Made by a program: the position numbers and the translations under genes
Notes under the pieces: model-generated
What the model saw: only the letters and a program-made list of their open reading frames with translations
Databases searched by the model: none
What the model was told of the DNA's origin: nothing
Source of the DNA: Isurus oxyrinchus
Taxonomy: Eukaryota
Length of the DNA: 64,000 nt
Direction: 5' to 3'
Assembly: GCA_026770705.1 (NCBI GenBank)
Contig: JANJGN010000002.1
Location: forward strand, 38,936,001-39,000,000
Part shown: positions 11,421-22,416 of the stretch, piece by piece
How positions within the stretch are numbered: position 1 is the stretch's first letter
How the letters are laid out: every line of letters begins with the position of its first letter

Positions 11421-12807
11421 AAAAAGAGCTGGGGAAAAATGCTTCCTTAAAAATAAATGAGATATGAATGGGGTTTCATATATTTGCTTACAAAATAACA
11501 GTGATTACACATCAGAAATAGCTCATTGTTTATAAAATCCTTTGAGATATCCTGAGGACTTGAAATATGTTACATCAATGCATGTCTGCCTAGGGTTTAT
11601 GCACAGGCTGTTAGTGGGCTCTGTGCGGGAGAGTGTATGTATGTATGAATGTAGTTACTTATATTGGTATGTTTGGATCTGTTTGGGTGGATTTGTACAA
11701 CATTTATATGAGTGTGCAAATGCAGTGTTCTCTCTGGGGTAGTGCAGTATGACTTTTTAATGTAGTTTGCATGGCTGTGGAATAGTGAATCTAATCCCAG
11801 TCACAGGCTGCTACAGTTCAGTGAAGCAGGGTGGCCCCCTGCAGCACCACAAACCCCACACACCAAGAAAAGCATTTTTACCTCCCGAGTGCATGCGCTA
11901 TCTGTAATCCTGGCAGCACAAGCCCAGTGTAATGAGAGGAAGGGGATTTACAATCTAAAGGAGCTTTACCTGATCTAGCCCCTGAACTGCTAGTAAACAA
12001 CAAAACAGACTTGCACTTAACTGCTTCTATAAAACATTTAAGCTATACTAAACCTCAATTATGCTGGTGCCATGTCTGGTGAATGTTTTGAACAGCTCAG
12101 TAAAGGAAAATATATATATTCAATTATCAGTGGCGAACTAGTTTTCCCCCGCAATTTATAATGGAAAATAACTCTGTAACAATCAAGTCCTACAACAACA
12201 TAGAAGCCTTGATTTTTTTGGTCAATGTTTGTCTGATTGTGCCCCTAAGAAGTAATATGTTACCATGTTAAAGGCGCTATATAGCAGGTTGCTGCTGCTG
12301 CTGCTGTTATTGTTGGTGTTCTGGTACATTCTTAGTCATGCACTGCTATTTTTGTACAGCCCATGTTGTGAAATGTACTGGCAAAACTGTTTATTAAAAA
12401 TGTAATAAACCGTCATTTCTGTCCTGGCTGAAATCAGCTAATTTACTCTGTGCTGAGTTAGCTGTTGCAGATGCAATACAATTGAGGTCAGCAGTCTTGG
12501 GCTAGAGTCAAAAAGTTAGCCAGAGTTCCTCCCCGATAACTTGGAAACCACAGACTTCCAGATGTCAAAATGGGGACACAATTAGAGCTTGGCTCCCACT
12601 CTTGGTGCCCAGACCCAGAATGGCTAATTGGGTTGGATACCAGGGGGGCAGCAGCTGCTCTGGGTCAGTGCCTAACCCTGAGCCGTCAACTTCAGGAGGA
12701 GAGTAAGAAAACTGAGGAAGAATGTATTTGCTTCCCTCCAAATATGTAGTCTCACTAATCATGAGTGCAATTAGGATTTGCAAATTGTGAGACTATAGAA
12801 AGATACA

Positions 12808-13489
12808 AGGCAGAATTTTCCCGTCGGTGATTTGGGGGCGGGGTCCGCTCGCCAACGGGAAAATGACATGGGATGATGTCAGAAGAAACCCCCGACATCA
12901 TCCCGGTCCATTTAAATATTGAGGAAGGCAGCGGACAGTGAAATCAGCTGTCCGCCCGCCGACCTGTCAATGGCCGATTAAGGCCATTGACAGGATAATT
13001 AAGTTTATTAAATGCCCTGCCCGTCCAACCTTAAGGGTGGCAGGCAGGCCAGGAGCCCCAGCGGGCTTCTGATAATACATGAAACTTCACCCACTAGCGG
13101 GATGAGGTTTCATGTCCGTTTTTAAAAGCTTCAATAAAGTTTATGTGCTTCTTATTAACAGGTTCCATCTCGTGTGACATTGTCACATGAGATGGGACAT
13201 GTTAATAATTTTAATATTTTTCTAAATTCAAAGATTTTTATACTGTCAGTAATCTCCCTGAGACAGCACTTAGTCTCAGGGAGATGTGCGCTCTTTCGCA
13301 GATGGGGAATCCCTCCACTCCACGCACAGGAAGTGCATAATTCTTCCTATTGGGTAGGCCGCTGGGCGGGCCTTAATTGGCCCGCCCACTCAAAATGGCG
13401 GTGGACCCCGTTTCAGCGGCGGAGTTCAGCTGCCCGCCTGCCGCCGAGTCAGTGGGGCCCGCCCGCCCATTAAGATAAAAATTATGGTC
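12808..13489 (+). mobile_element. MITE, Harbinger-like non-autonomous DNA transposon
   Basis: Imperfect TIRs GGCAGAATTTT..AAAATTATGGTC; near full-length inverted homolog at 61282-61944; internal hairpins. Confidence 0.75.
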
Positions 13490-13849
13490 ATAATTTCTGA
13501 GCTGCTGGGTCTTTGGTTATGCAGTGCAAAGAACTTGGTTGAAGGAAATAAACTATTAAAGATTCAAACAGCATTTCAATTCCTAAAAGATAGTTTCAAC
13601 ATTCTGTCTGATTTTGAAAAATAGGGACTGGTTAATTCTGGAAGAACTGCATGTGACTTCAAAAAGATATAGGCAGGTTAAAGGATCGGGGTAATGGACT
13701 TTGGCAGGGAGAATAAGTGGAAGCATAGGCTTAAATGGTAAGTGTTTAATAGGAGCAGAAGAGCAGAGAGACTTAGGATTTCAGATCTTTAAAAGCAGGT
13801 GGACAAGTTAACTGAGCAATCTTCTTCTGTTCTCTGCCTGAAGGCAGTT

Positions 13850-14090
13850 CTGAAGCTATATGTATAGTGACGGTAGAGGCTTTAATGTTCTTTCCATTAT
13901 ATGGCTGACCAAGAATGTCTCCCATTCTTACCACCTACCATTGGCATATGTTGGAAGGGTTTACAGGTTTATACTCAACCTGTTTGGCTGCATTATGAAC
14001 ACACTGTCCTTGGCTGTCAAATCCTTGGAGTGGGACTTGAAACCAGAGCTTCTAGCTCAGAGGCAGGGACAATACCCACTTGCCACTAGA
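13850..14090 (-). mobile_element. tRNA-derived SINE
   Basis: Minus strand shows an A box (GTGGCAAGTGGG) and B box (GGTTTCAAGTCCC). Confidence 0.5.
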
Positions 14091-16514
14091 CCTCCATCCT
14101 TGAGTTATAACAAACGCATATGTTATCTTAGGTATATAAAATATGTCATCAGATAGAAAAGCACTGAGACAAGAGAAACTGAGGCTCTTTTCATTGGAAT
14201 AAAGGTCAAGAAAACCTTTCTTTTCGGTGTAAGGGGAGGGGGGCTTTGATAAGGCACATAGGAAAAATGATTTCCACTAGTTGCTGAGTCTGTAATGAGA
14301 GGGCATAAATTTAACGAGAATGAAGGAAGAAGTTAGGAGTTTTTTTTTACACAGTGGCTTGTTAGGATATTATTCTCCTATCAGAAGCAATACTGGAAGA
14401 AGGGTCCATAATAGGTTTTAAAGGGAAGTAGATATAGAGTTGAAAAGTAAATAAATAAGAGTAAGGATGAAGTGTGGAGGAGTAGGACTAAATAGGCAGC
14501 TTTTTCAGAGAATTGGCATAAGTACAATGGACTAAATGGCTTCTTCTTTGCTGTCCAAATTTATGAATATAAATAAAGAGGTCAGTGTGAATTTCTGGAT
14601 TTCAATCTAGAACCTCATACAAGAATTACGAAAGAATTTACATTTATTTACGAAATAAGGACATATGCTTTGCAGCCGTTAGATAATCACTTCTCAAAGA
14701 TGATGGCAGAATAAAATGCAAGTTTGCTCAATTTGCCTTTCAGCTTACCTTTAAGAAGTTGTAGAGGTGTGACTTTTTTTTGCAAGGATTTTATGAAGCT
14801 GAATTAAACTTTTCAAAGATTGGATGTTACAAGTGGCCGCGTTGTCAGCCGCTCTCCTGCATTTTACTGAATGTCCCCAACTTGGTATTCAAGTTGATTT
14901 TCATGCAGAGATGCTATCCCCATAGTAACAACTTGGACTCTTCTAAGATGTTACTATAATCACGCACTTCTCCTACCTGCACTGCAGGACACAGAGCCTT
15001 TACATATTGATTCTGCAACTCAACTCCTTCTCATATACAATTTCTGAAATAACTAGTTGTGTAAAATACTCTGAAATGCATCAAACCAAAAGAATATAAA
15101 CAAAAGTGCTATTGCAATAGTATTATTCCCATGAGCTTTTGCAGCTGATTCCTTTTACAAGTGCATACGCGTTTCTAACAAAATAATCTTGCACTTGTCA
15201 GTGAGTTCCCATGCTATGATTAATATTGGTCCAAATCTTTGTATACAAGAGTAAGCTACTGCCAAAACACTTGCCTTTAATAACCAGTGCAGCACAGTAC
15301 AGTAAGTATCAAAAATCAAATGAAACTCTATTAGACGGTTAACAGTTACAAACCTCTTGCAGCGCAAAAGGGTTTCAGATCAGATCAAATTTTGAAGCCT
15401 GTAAGTAAAGAAAGAAAAATAAAAGCTCCTTCCAAGTGAAACATCTTGCTGTGAAGGGAACATCTTTCTGTTCCTGGGAAGGTTTTGCATTGGGGTCAGT
15501 TTATGGAGCAGTCACTCCAAAGAAAGCTTCATTTCACAGTTGCCATGGGTCACCAAAAATTGCTGTGATGTTTTTCATGGATATCTTTGTGTTTATTTTT
15601 TAAAAACGAAGACTTAAGAACAGGTTGATTTAATTTCTGAGTAGATCAATAATGGAATGATCTCACTGCATTATCTGTCTCTGTATTGAGCATCATTGTT
15701 CACAAACTCAGGAAAGGACGCAAAAGTATTTTACACATGATGATACTCCCTATTTTTCTCCAATTAATTTCTTTTTTCTCTCTTGACAGTGAGGAAGTTT
15801 GGCTTACTAAATGCCAGCAGTCTTCTTGGCACCTTGTCCAATCATTTTTGTCTTGTCAATCTACAGAGTAAGACTATTTAACTAGTTAACTATTTAACTG
15901 GCCTCACTCTGCATCCATATTTGTAAATTTTTCAGCATGAGTCACTAGACAGATGTTATGCCTGGAATCCATGGCCAGTTTTGCAATCCTCACTATCTTA
16001 GACATGCTGGTCCAATGCGAGTCACATTATTGTTGACAGAGCTGATCAATTACCCAGTGCAAATCAGGATTGAAACTGCAACATTTCTGGCCTGACTGGA
16101 TAAGGACCACACTGTTTAGCTACTGAACCATTATATTGTTCGTTAAGTAGTCCCAGGTCCTTTCTCCCTAAGGCAACATGGTGGAAAAGAGAATGAGCAG
16201 ACTGAAGATCCTATTCTGCCCCACTCCATGGCACCACATGTTGGAGACCCAATGTACTGCTGCACCATAATGATAGTACGTATTGGATAAATTACACCAA
16301 TAAATGAATGGAAAAGCAGTGAGATGCTGAAGGGTACAGACAACCTAGGTTAAACATTCCCATTGCACCAGATTCATGTGGGACATAAACACTGCCACAG
16401 ATGAACTAGAATTATAATAAAAACAAAGAAAACTGCGGATGCTGGAAATCCAAAACAAAAACAGAATTACCTGGAAAAACTCAGCAGGTCTGGCAGCATC
16501 GGCGGAGAAGAAAA

Positions 16515-16555
16515 GAGTTGACGTTTCGAGTCCTCGTGACCCTTCGACAGAACTT
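16515..16555 (-). ncRNA. Minimal hammerhead ribozyme motif (PLE #2 left arm)
   Basis: Reverse complement AAGTT CTGTCGA A GGGTC ACGAG GACTC GAAAC GTC AACTC. Confidence 0.75.
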
Positions 16556-16943
16556 GATTTCGAGTCCAAGAAGGAGTTGAAATATAAGCTGGTTTAAGGT
16601 GTGTGTGTGGGGGGGCGGAGAGATAGAGAGAGAGAGAGAGGTGCTTGTGTAGACAAACAAGCAGTGATAGAAGCAGATCATCAAAAGATGTCAGCGACAA
16701 TGGTACAAAAGAACACATAGGTATTAAAGTTAAAGTTGGTGATATTATCTAAACGAATGTGCTAATTAAGAATGGATGGTAGGGCACTCAAGGTACAGCT
16801 CTAGTGGGGGTGGGGGAGCATAAAAGATTTTAAAATATTTAAAAATAATGGAAATAGGTGGGAAAAGAAAAATCTATAAAATTTACAGGGAAAAAAAAGG
16901 AAAAAGGGGGAAACAGAAATGGGGTGGGGATGGGGGAGGGAGC

Positions 16944-18308
16944 TCATGATCTAAAGTTGTTGAATTCAATATTCAGACCGGAAGGCTGTAAGGTGCCTAG
17001 TCGGAAGATGAGGTGCTGTTCCTCCAGTTTGCGTTGGGCTGCACTGGAACAATGCAGCAAGCCAAGGACAGACATGTGGGCAAGAGAGCAGGGTGGAGTG
17101 TTAAAATGGCAAGCGACAGGGAGGTTTGGGTCATTCTTGCGGACAGACCGCAGGTGTTCTGCAAAGCGGTCGCCCAGTTTACGTTTGGTCTCTCCAATGT
17201 AGAGGAGACCACATTGGGAGCAACGAATGCAGTAGACTAAGTTGGGGGAAATGCAAGTGAAATGCTGCTTCACTTGAAAGGAGTGTTTGGGTCCTTGGAC
17301 GGTGAGGAGAGAGGAAGTGAAGGGGCAGGTGTTACATCTTTTGCGTGGGCATGGGGTGGTGCCATAGGAGGGGGTTGAGGAGTAGGGGGTGATGGAGGAG
17401 TGGACCAGGGTGTCCCGGAGGGAGCGATCCCTACGGAATGCCAATAAGGGGGGTGAAGGGAAGATGTGTTTGGTGGTGGCATCATGCTGGAGTTGGCGGA
17501 AATGGCGGAGGATGATCCTTTGAATGCGGAGGCTGGTGGGGTGATAAGTGAGGACAAGGGGGACCCTATCATGTTTCTGGGAGGGAGGAGAAGGCGTGAG
17601 GGTGGATGCGCGGGAGATGGGCCGGACACGGTTGAGGGCCCTGTCAACGACCGTCGGTGGAAAACCTCGGTTAAGGAAGAAGGAGGACATGTCAGAGGAA
17701 CCGTTTTTGAAGGTAGCATCATCGGAACAGATGCGACGAAGGCGAAGGAACTGGGAGAATGGGATGGAGTCCTTACAGGAAGCGGGGTGTGAGGAGCTGT
17801 AGTCGAGGTAGCTGTGGGAGTCGGTGGGTTTGTAATGGATATTGGTGGACAGTCTATCACCAGAGATTGAGACAGAGAGGTCAAGGAAGGGAAGGGAAGT
17901 GTCAGAGATGGACCACGTGAAAATGATGGAGGGGTGGAGATTGGAAGCAAAATTAATAAATTTTTCCAAGTCCCGACGAGAGCATGAAGCGGCACCGAAG
18001 TAATCATCGATGTATCGGAGAAAAAGTTGTGGAAGGGGGCCGGAGTAGGACTGCAACAAGGAATGTTCCACATACCCCATAAAGAGACAGGCATAGCTGG
18101 GGCCCATGCGGGTACCCATAGCCACACCTTTTATTTGGAGAAAGTGAGAGGAGTTGAAGGAGAAATTGTTCAACGTGAGAACAAGTTCAGCCAGACGGAG
18201 GAGAGTAGTGGTGGATGGGGATTGTTCGGGCCTCTGTTCGAGGAAGAAGCTAAGGGCCCTCAGACCATCCTGGTGGGGGATGGAGGTGTAGAGAGATTGG
18301 ACGTCCAT
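16944..18308 (-). CDS. 5'-truncated PLE polyprotein: reverse transcriptase plus GIY-YIG endonuclease (454 aa open)
   Basis: RT motifs DVQSLYTSI, GVAMG, RYIDD, FLD, YKPT; C/H Zn-binding linker; VYC..LYIGET..R..EH..E..GLN. Confidence 0.9.
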   Translation of the reverse strand: MDVQSLYTSIPHQDGLRALSFFLEQRPEQSPSTTTLLRLAELVLTLNNFSFNSSHFLQIKGVAMGTRMGPSYACLFMGYVEHSLLQSYSGPLPQLFLRYIDDYFGAASCSRRDLEKFINFASNLHPSIIFTWSISDTSLPFLDLSVSISGDRLSTNIHYKPTDSHSYLDYSSSHPASCKDSIPFSQFLRLRRICSDDATFKNGSSDMSSFFLNRGFPPTVVDRALNRVRPISRASTLTPSPPSQKHDRVPLVLTYHPTSLRIQRIILRHFRQLQHDATTKHIFPSPPLLAFRRDRSLRDTLVHSSITPYSSTPSYGTTPCPRKRCNTCPFTSSLLTVQGPKHSFQVKQHFTCISPNLVYCIRCSQCGLLYIGETKRKLGDRFAEHLRSVRKNDPNLPVACHFNTPPCSLAHMSVLGLLHCSSAAQRKLEEQHLIFRLGTLQPSGLNIEFNNFRS

Positions 18309-18349
18309 GGTGAAGAGGAAGCGGTTGGAGCCAGGGAACTGGCTATGGT

Positions 18350-19531
18350 GTGGCTATGGGTACCCGCATGGGCCCCAGCTATGCCTGTCTCTTTATGGGG
18401 TATGTGGAACATTCCTTGTTGCAGTCCTACTCCGGCCCCCTTCCACAACTTTTTCTCCGGTACATCGATGATTACTTCGGTGCCGCTTCATGCTCTCGTC
18501 GGGACTTGGAAAAATTTATTAATTTTGCTTCCAATCTCCACCCCTCCATCATTTTCACGTGGTCCATCTCTGACACTTCCCTTCCCTTCCTTGACCTCTC
18601 TGTCTCAATCTCTGGTGATAGACTGTCCACCAATATCCATTACAAACCCACCGACTCCCACAGCTACCTCGACTACAGCTCCTCACACCCCGCTTCCTGT
18701 AAGGACTCCATCCCATTCTCCCAGTTCCTTCGCCTTCGTCGCATCTGTTCCGATGATGCTACCTTCAAAAACGGTTACTCTGACATGTCCTCCTTCTTCC
18801 TTAACCGAGGTTTTCCACCCACGGTCATTGACAGGGCCCTCAACCGTGTCCGGCCCATCTCCCGCGCATCCGCCCTCACGCCTTCTCCTCCCTCCCAGAA
18901 ACATGATAGGGTCCCCATTGTCCTCACTTATCACCCCACCAGCCTCCGCATTCAAAGGATCATCCTCCGCCATTTCCGCCAACTCCAGCATGATGCCACC
19001 ACCAAACACATCTTCCCTTCACCCCCCTTATCGGCATTCCGTAGGGATCGCTCCCTCCGGGACACCCTGGTCCACTCCTCCATCACCCCCTACTCCTCAA
19101 CCCCCTCCTATGGCACCACCCCATGCCCACGCAAAAGATGTAACACCTGCCCCTTCACTTCCTCTCTCCTCACCGTCCAAGGGCCCAAACACTCCTTTCA
19201 AGTGAAGCAGCATTTCACTTGCATTTCCCCCAACTTAGTCTACTGCATTCGTTGCTCCCAATGTGGTCTCCTCTACATTGGAGAGACCAAACGTAAACTG
19301 GGCGACCGCTTTGCAGAACACCTGCGGTCTGTCCGCAAGAATGACCCAAACCTCCCTGTCGCTTGCCATTTTAACACTCCACCCTGCTCTCTTGCCCACA
19401 TGTCTGTCCTTGGCTTACTGCATTGTTCCAGTGAAGCCCAACGCAAACTGGAGGAACAACACCTCATCTTCCGACTAGGCACCTTACAGCCTTCCGGTCT
19501 GAATATTGAATTCAACAACTTTAGGTCGTGA
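18350..19531 (+). CDS. 5'-truncated PLE polyprotein (RT from motif B plus GIY-YIG, 393 aa open)
   Basis: Nearly identical to the minus-strand ORF from AMGTRMGPSYA onward. Confidence 0.9.
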   Translation: MAMGTRMGPSYACLFMGYVEHSLLQSYSGPLPQLFLRYIDDYFGAASCSRRDLEKFINFASNLHPSIIFTWSISDTSLPFLDLSVSISGDRLSTNIHYKPTDSHSYLDYSSSHPASCKDSIPFSQFLRLRRICSDDATFKNGYSDMSSFFLNRGFPPTVIDRALNRVRPISRASALTPSPPSQKHDRVPIVLTYHPTSLRIQRIILRHFRQLQHDATTKHIFPSPPLSAFRRDRSLRDTLVHSSITPYSSTPSYGTTPCPRKRCNTCPFTSSLLTVQGPKHSFQVKQHFTCISPNLVYCIRCSQCGLLYIGETKRKLGDRFAEHLRSVRKNDPNLPVACHFNTPPCSLAHMSVLGLLHCSSEAQRKLEEQHLIFRLGTLQPSGLNIEFNNFRS

Positions 19532-19921
19532 GCTCCCTCCCCCATCCCCACCCCCTTTCTGTTTCCCCCTTTTTCCCTTTTTTTTTCCCTATAAATTTTA
19601 TAGATTTTTCTTTTCCCACCTATTTCCATTATTTTTAAATATTTTAAAATCTTTTATGCTCCCCCCACCCCCACTAGAGCTGTACCTTGAGTGCCCTACC
19701 ATCCATTCTTAATTAGCACATTCGTTTAGATAATATCACCAACTTTAACTTTAATACCTATGTGTTCTTTTGTACCATTGTCGCTGACATCTTTTGATGA
19801 TCTGCTTCTATCACTGCTTGTTTGTCTACACAAGCACCTCTCTCTCTCTCTATCTCTCCGCCCCCCCCACACACACACCTTAAACCAGCTTATATTTCAA
19901 CTCTTTCTTGGACTCGAAATC

Positions 19922-19962
19922 AAGTTCTGTCGAAGGGTCATGAGGACTCGAAACGTCAACTC
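19922..19962 (+). ncRNA. Minimal hammerhead ribozyme motif (PLE #2 right arm)
   Basis: AAGTT CTGTCGA A GGGTC ATGAG GACTC GAAAC GTC AACTC. Confidence 0.75.
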
Positions 19963-20933
19963 TTTTCTTCTCCGCCGATGCTGCCAGACCTGCTGAGTTT
20001 TTCCAGGTAATTCTGTTTTTGTTTAGAATTATAATAACCCAGGCTTACTGCAGCTAACTCCAGGATTGTCTTGGAATTTCCTGGAATTGTCCTGGAAGTA
20101 AAGATAATTAATCTCCTGATTACTACTTCTAGTAATCCTGGGAAAGAATCATTGGGGCACTTTGAACGCTTTTATTTATTAGTCACTAAAATGTTGGTTG
20201 ATGGTTGGGATGGGGTGGGGTGGGGTGGGGCAGACTGATTCACAGTGAAGAACCATCCAGTGGGTTATGAGGAGCCACTTTCCACTGGTCATGGGAAGGA
20301 CTTGCGCTGTGAGGTTGATTGTTGTGGGAAAATGATGGCAGGATCGTGGGTGCCTTGGTTAGAAGTGGAATAGTCATGTGATGATAATTGAAGGAATACA
20401 TCTATCCAGGGCTGACAACCCTGTCTGGTTGCTGCTTCCTCTGCCCACCCTAAAGCTACACATGGATTCAAACTAACTTCCTTGTCTTTGCTCAATGTTC
20501 ACAAAAGTCCACTTTCCAACCAGGATTGTGGATAAGAATTCAAAGCCCTAACTTTAACAGGTGTCAGACAGGCAGGGGCTGACATGAATGAAAAACCATC
20601 CGATTCTTGCCACGTGAGACCTGGGAGATTTTATCATTGGGGCCTGACCTGCATGCGTTCCTATCAAGCCTCCAGCCCGAACTTCGTGAGAAGCACTAAC
20701 TGCCTAGTGGACACTAGTGGAACTCTGAGAGACAGGACACATGCTAGCCATATCCGAAAGGAGCAATTCCTGGCTGTTGCGTAATGGTTAGACAGAGAGT
20801 CAGGAGGGTCGCATGGTCAGTGGAATAGGAAAGGGAGTCCGGGCCTTTCTTGACCTCTTCTGTGTTAGCCTGGTGGGGAAGTCAAATGGTAGTAATCGGT
20901 CCCACTGATGACATTGGAGCCCAATCTGAATAT

Positions 20934-22021
20934 TGTCATGAAGTTATAATTCTTTACTTTTGAAATATGATTTTCAAAGCCTTCAACTGACTGGAAATTC
21001 TGCAAATTGAAATAAGACAGAACAAGTTACTTTAAAATACAAGGCCACCTTCCATGATGAAGGTCAGAAAAGCAAACAAGGGCCCCCATCACCCCAAGGA
21101 AGTGTGAGGAGAGAGGTACTTCCAGTTATTTACAGGCATTGAAACTCATCACTATCTAAAGAAGATATTAAAAATGCAAAAAGCTGGATCTTAATTAGCT
21201 GTGATCTTGTTAAGACAATGGGGAACTACTAGCCAGCCAGGATATACAACTTGCACTTCACCCAAGTGGAATAGACACTCAAACTCTCCCTGTGGATTGT
21301 GTAAGATCCGCACTTCCTGTTGGCTTTTACTATCTTGGAAAGCGTCAAAAGTTTCTTAGATGAAACATCATAAAATGTAATTACCTGTGCCCTAACACAC
21401 TGACTACAGTATACATGGTAGTCAAATTCCTCTGGAATATACAACCAGCAAGACTTTAAGAACTGGTTTGTCAAGCCAGAAGCAGAGATCATAAGGGCAG
21501 TGAATTTTGCAAGAGACTTCAGCAAAAGGGAAAGGCTGAAGAGCTCTCTTTTTTTTTGGAACATGTGTATTAACCGGCTCAGAAGTCAACATTAGCAAAA
21601 ATTTACCAACAAACCAAGATCTCGCAAGAATTACATCATCTTCAACATCTTGACTGCATCCAAGAAACCAACTAACCTAAATTGGCCGCAAGATTTAACA
21701 ATCCATGCCTCAAGACAATCATAGGACACTTAAACATATACTCTTTTAATTTTTTTTATTGGACTCTAACTTCCCTCATTTCTGATACCTGTGTGCATGT
21801 GATGTTGTGTTTTGTTATTTTTCTCTCTTGAATGGCCTATAAATTTGCTCTTTCTTTAACTCAAGAAAACCTTGTTTGAATGGCTCCTTATTGAAGGGTA
21901 AATAAATTTGGATTTGGAAAAGTCATACGCTCATGGAAAAGAAATTTAAACTTTTGTTGTGAGCAGCTGAGGAGGCAGAACAGAGGGGAACCACTTCAGT
22001 CCTCCTCACCTGGTCATAACA
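20934..22021 (+). mobile_element. Solo LTR (~1.09 kb)
   Basis: TGTCATG...CATAACA termini with 4-bp TSD ATAT (20930-20933, 22022-22025); related to 1248-2287. Confidence 0.8.
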
Positions 22022-22336
22022 ATATAAAGTGGCTGGCCTACATGCCTGCTGAAAAGAGCAGAAGAGAAGGTTTAAACTATTATTGGAAGGCAGTGAGATC
22101 AGATGTGGGGTGGGTTGGGGGATAATATGGGTGCAGCCATTTTAAATGGCTGCCCTACACTCCAGATGTAATTCATTGTTAAAATGTGCTTTGGAGATCT
22201 TAAGAAAATTGGTAAGGTCACATTTGAATGAAAGTTCTTTGTTTAATCGACAGAAGTAGAGACAAGTGGCAATGAGATATCATCTGTATAGAAGGCTTGC
22301 AAAACTTTCTGAAGAAGATGCACAGGATTTATGCTG

Positions 22337-22416
22337 CAAGGTTTATTTTGTAGGTTAGGTTTCTATATACTACAAGGTTTATTGTGTAGATTAGGTTTCT
22401 ATACACTATCAAGGTT
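22337..22416. repeat. 36-bp tandem duplication (2.2 copies)
   Basis: CAAGGTTTATT.TGTAG.TTAGGTTTCTATA.ACTA repeated at 22337 and 22373. Confidence 0.85.

Larger units (their letters stand above)
16421..20023. mobile_element. Penelope-like element, head-to-head inverted dimer #2 (minus arm ~16417-18342, plus arm 18347-20023)
   Basis: Near-identical inverted arms of ~1.67 kb; 14-bp TSD TAGAATTATAATAA at 16407-16420 and 20024-20037; open RT-GIY-YIG frames on both arms. Confidence 0.97.

Noticed and set aside
18027-19205. 392-aa Ser/Pro-rich ORF spanning the palindrome centre
   Set aside because: Chimera of an antisense frame and an alternative frame of the C-rich PLE ORF; stop-poor by composition, no recognisable domain
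16421-20023. DNA transposon with very long TIRs, or assembly fold-back artefact
   Set aside because: Arms encode RT and GIY-YIG, are unequal in length, carry substitutions and are bounded by a TSD
22337-22416. CRISPR-like repeat
   Set aside because: Simple tandem duplication without spacers in eukaryotic DNA
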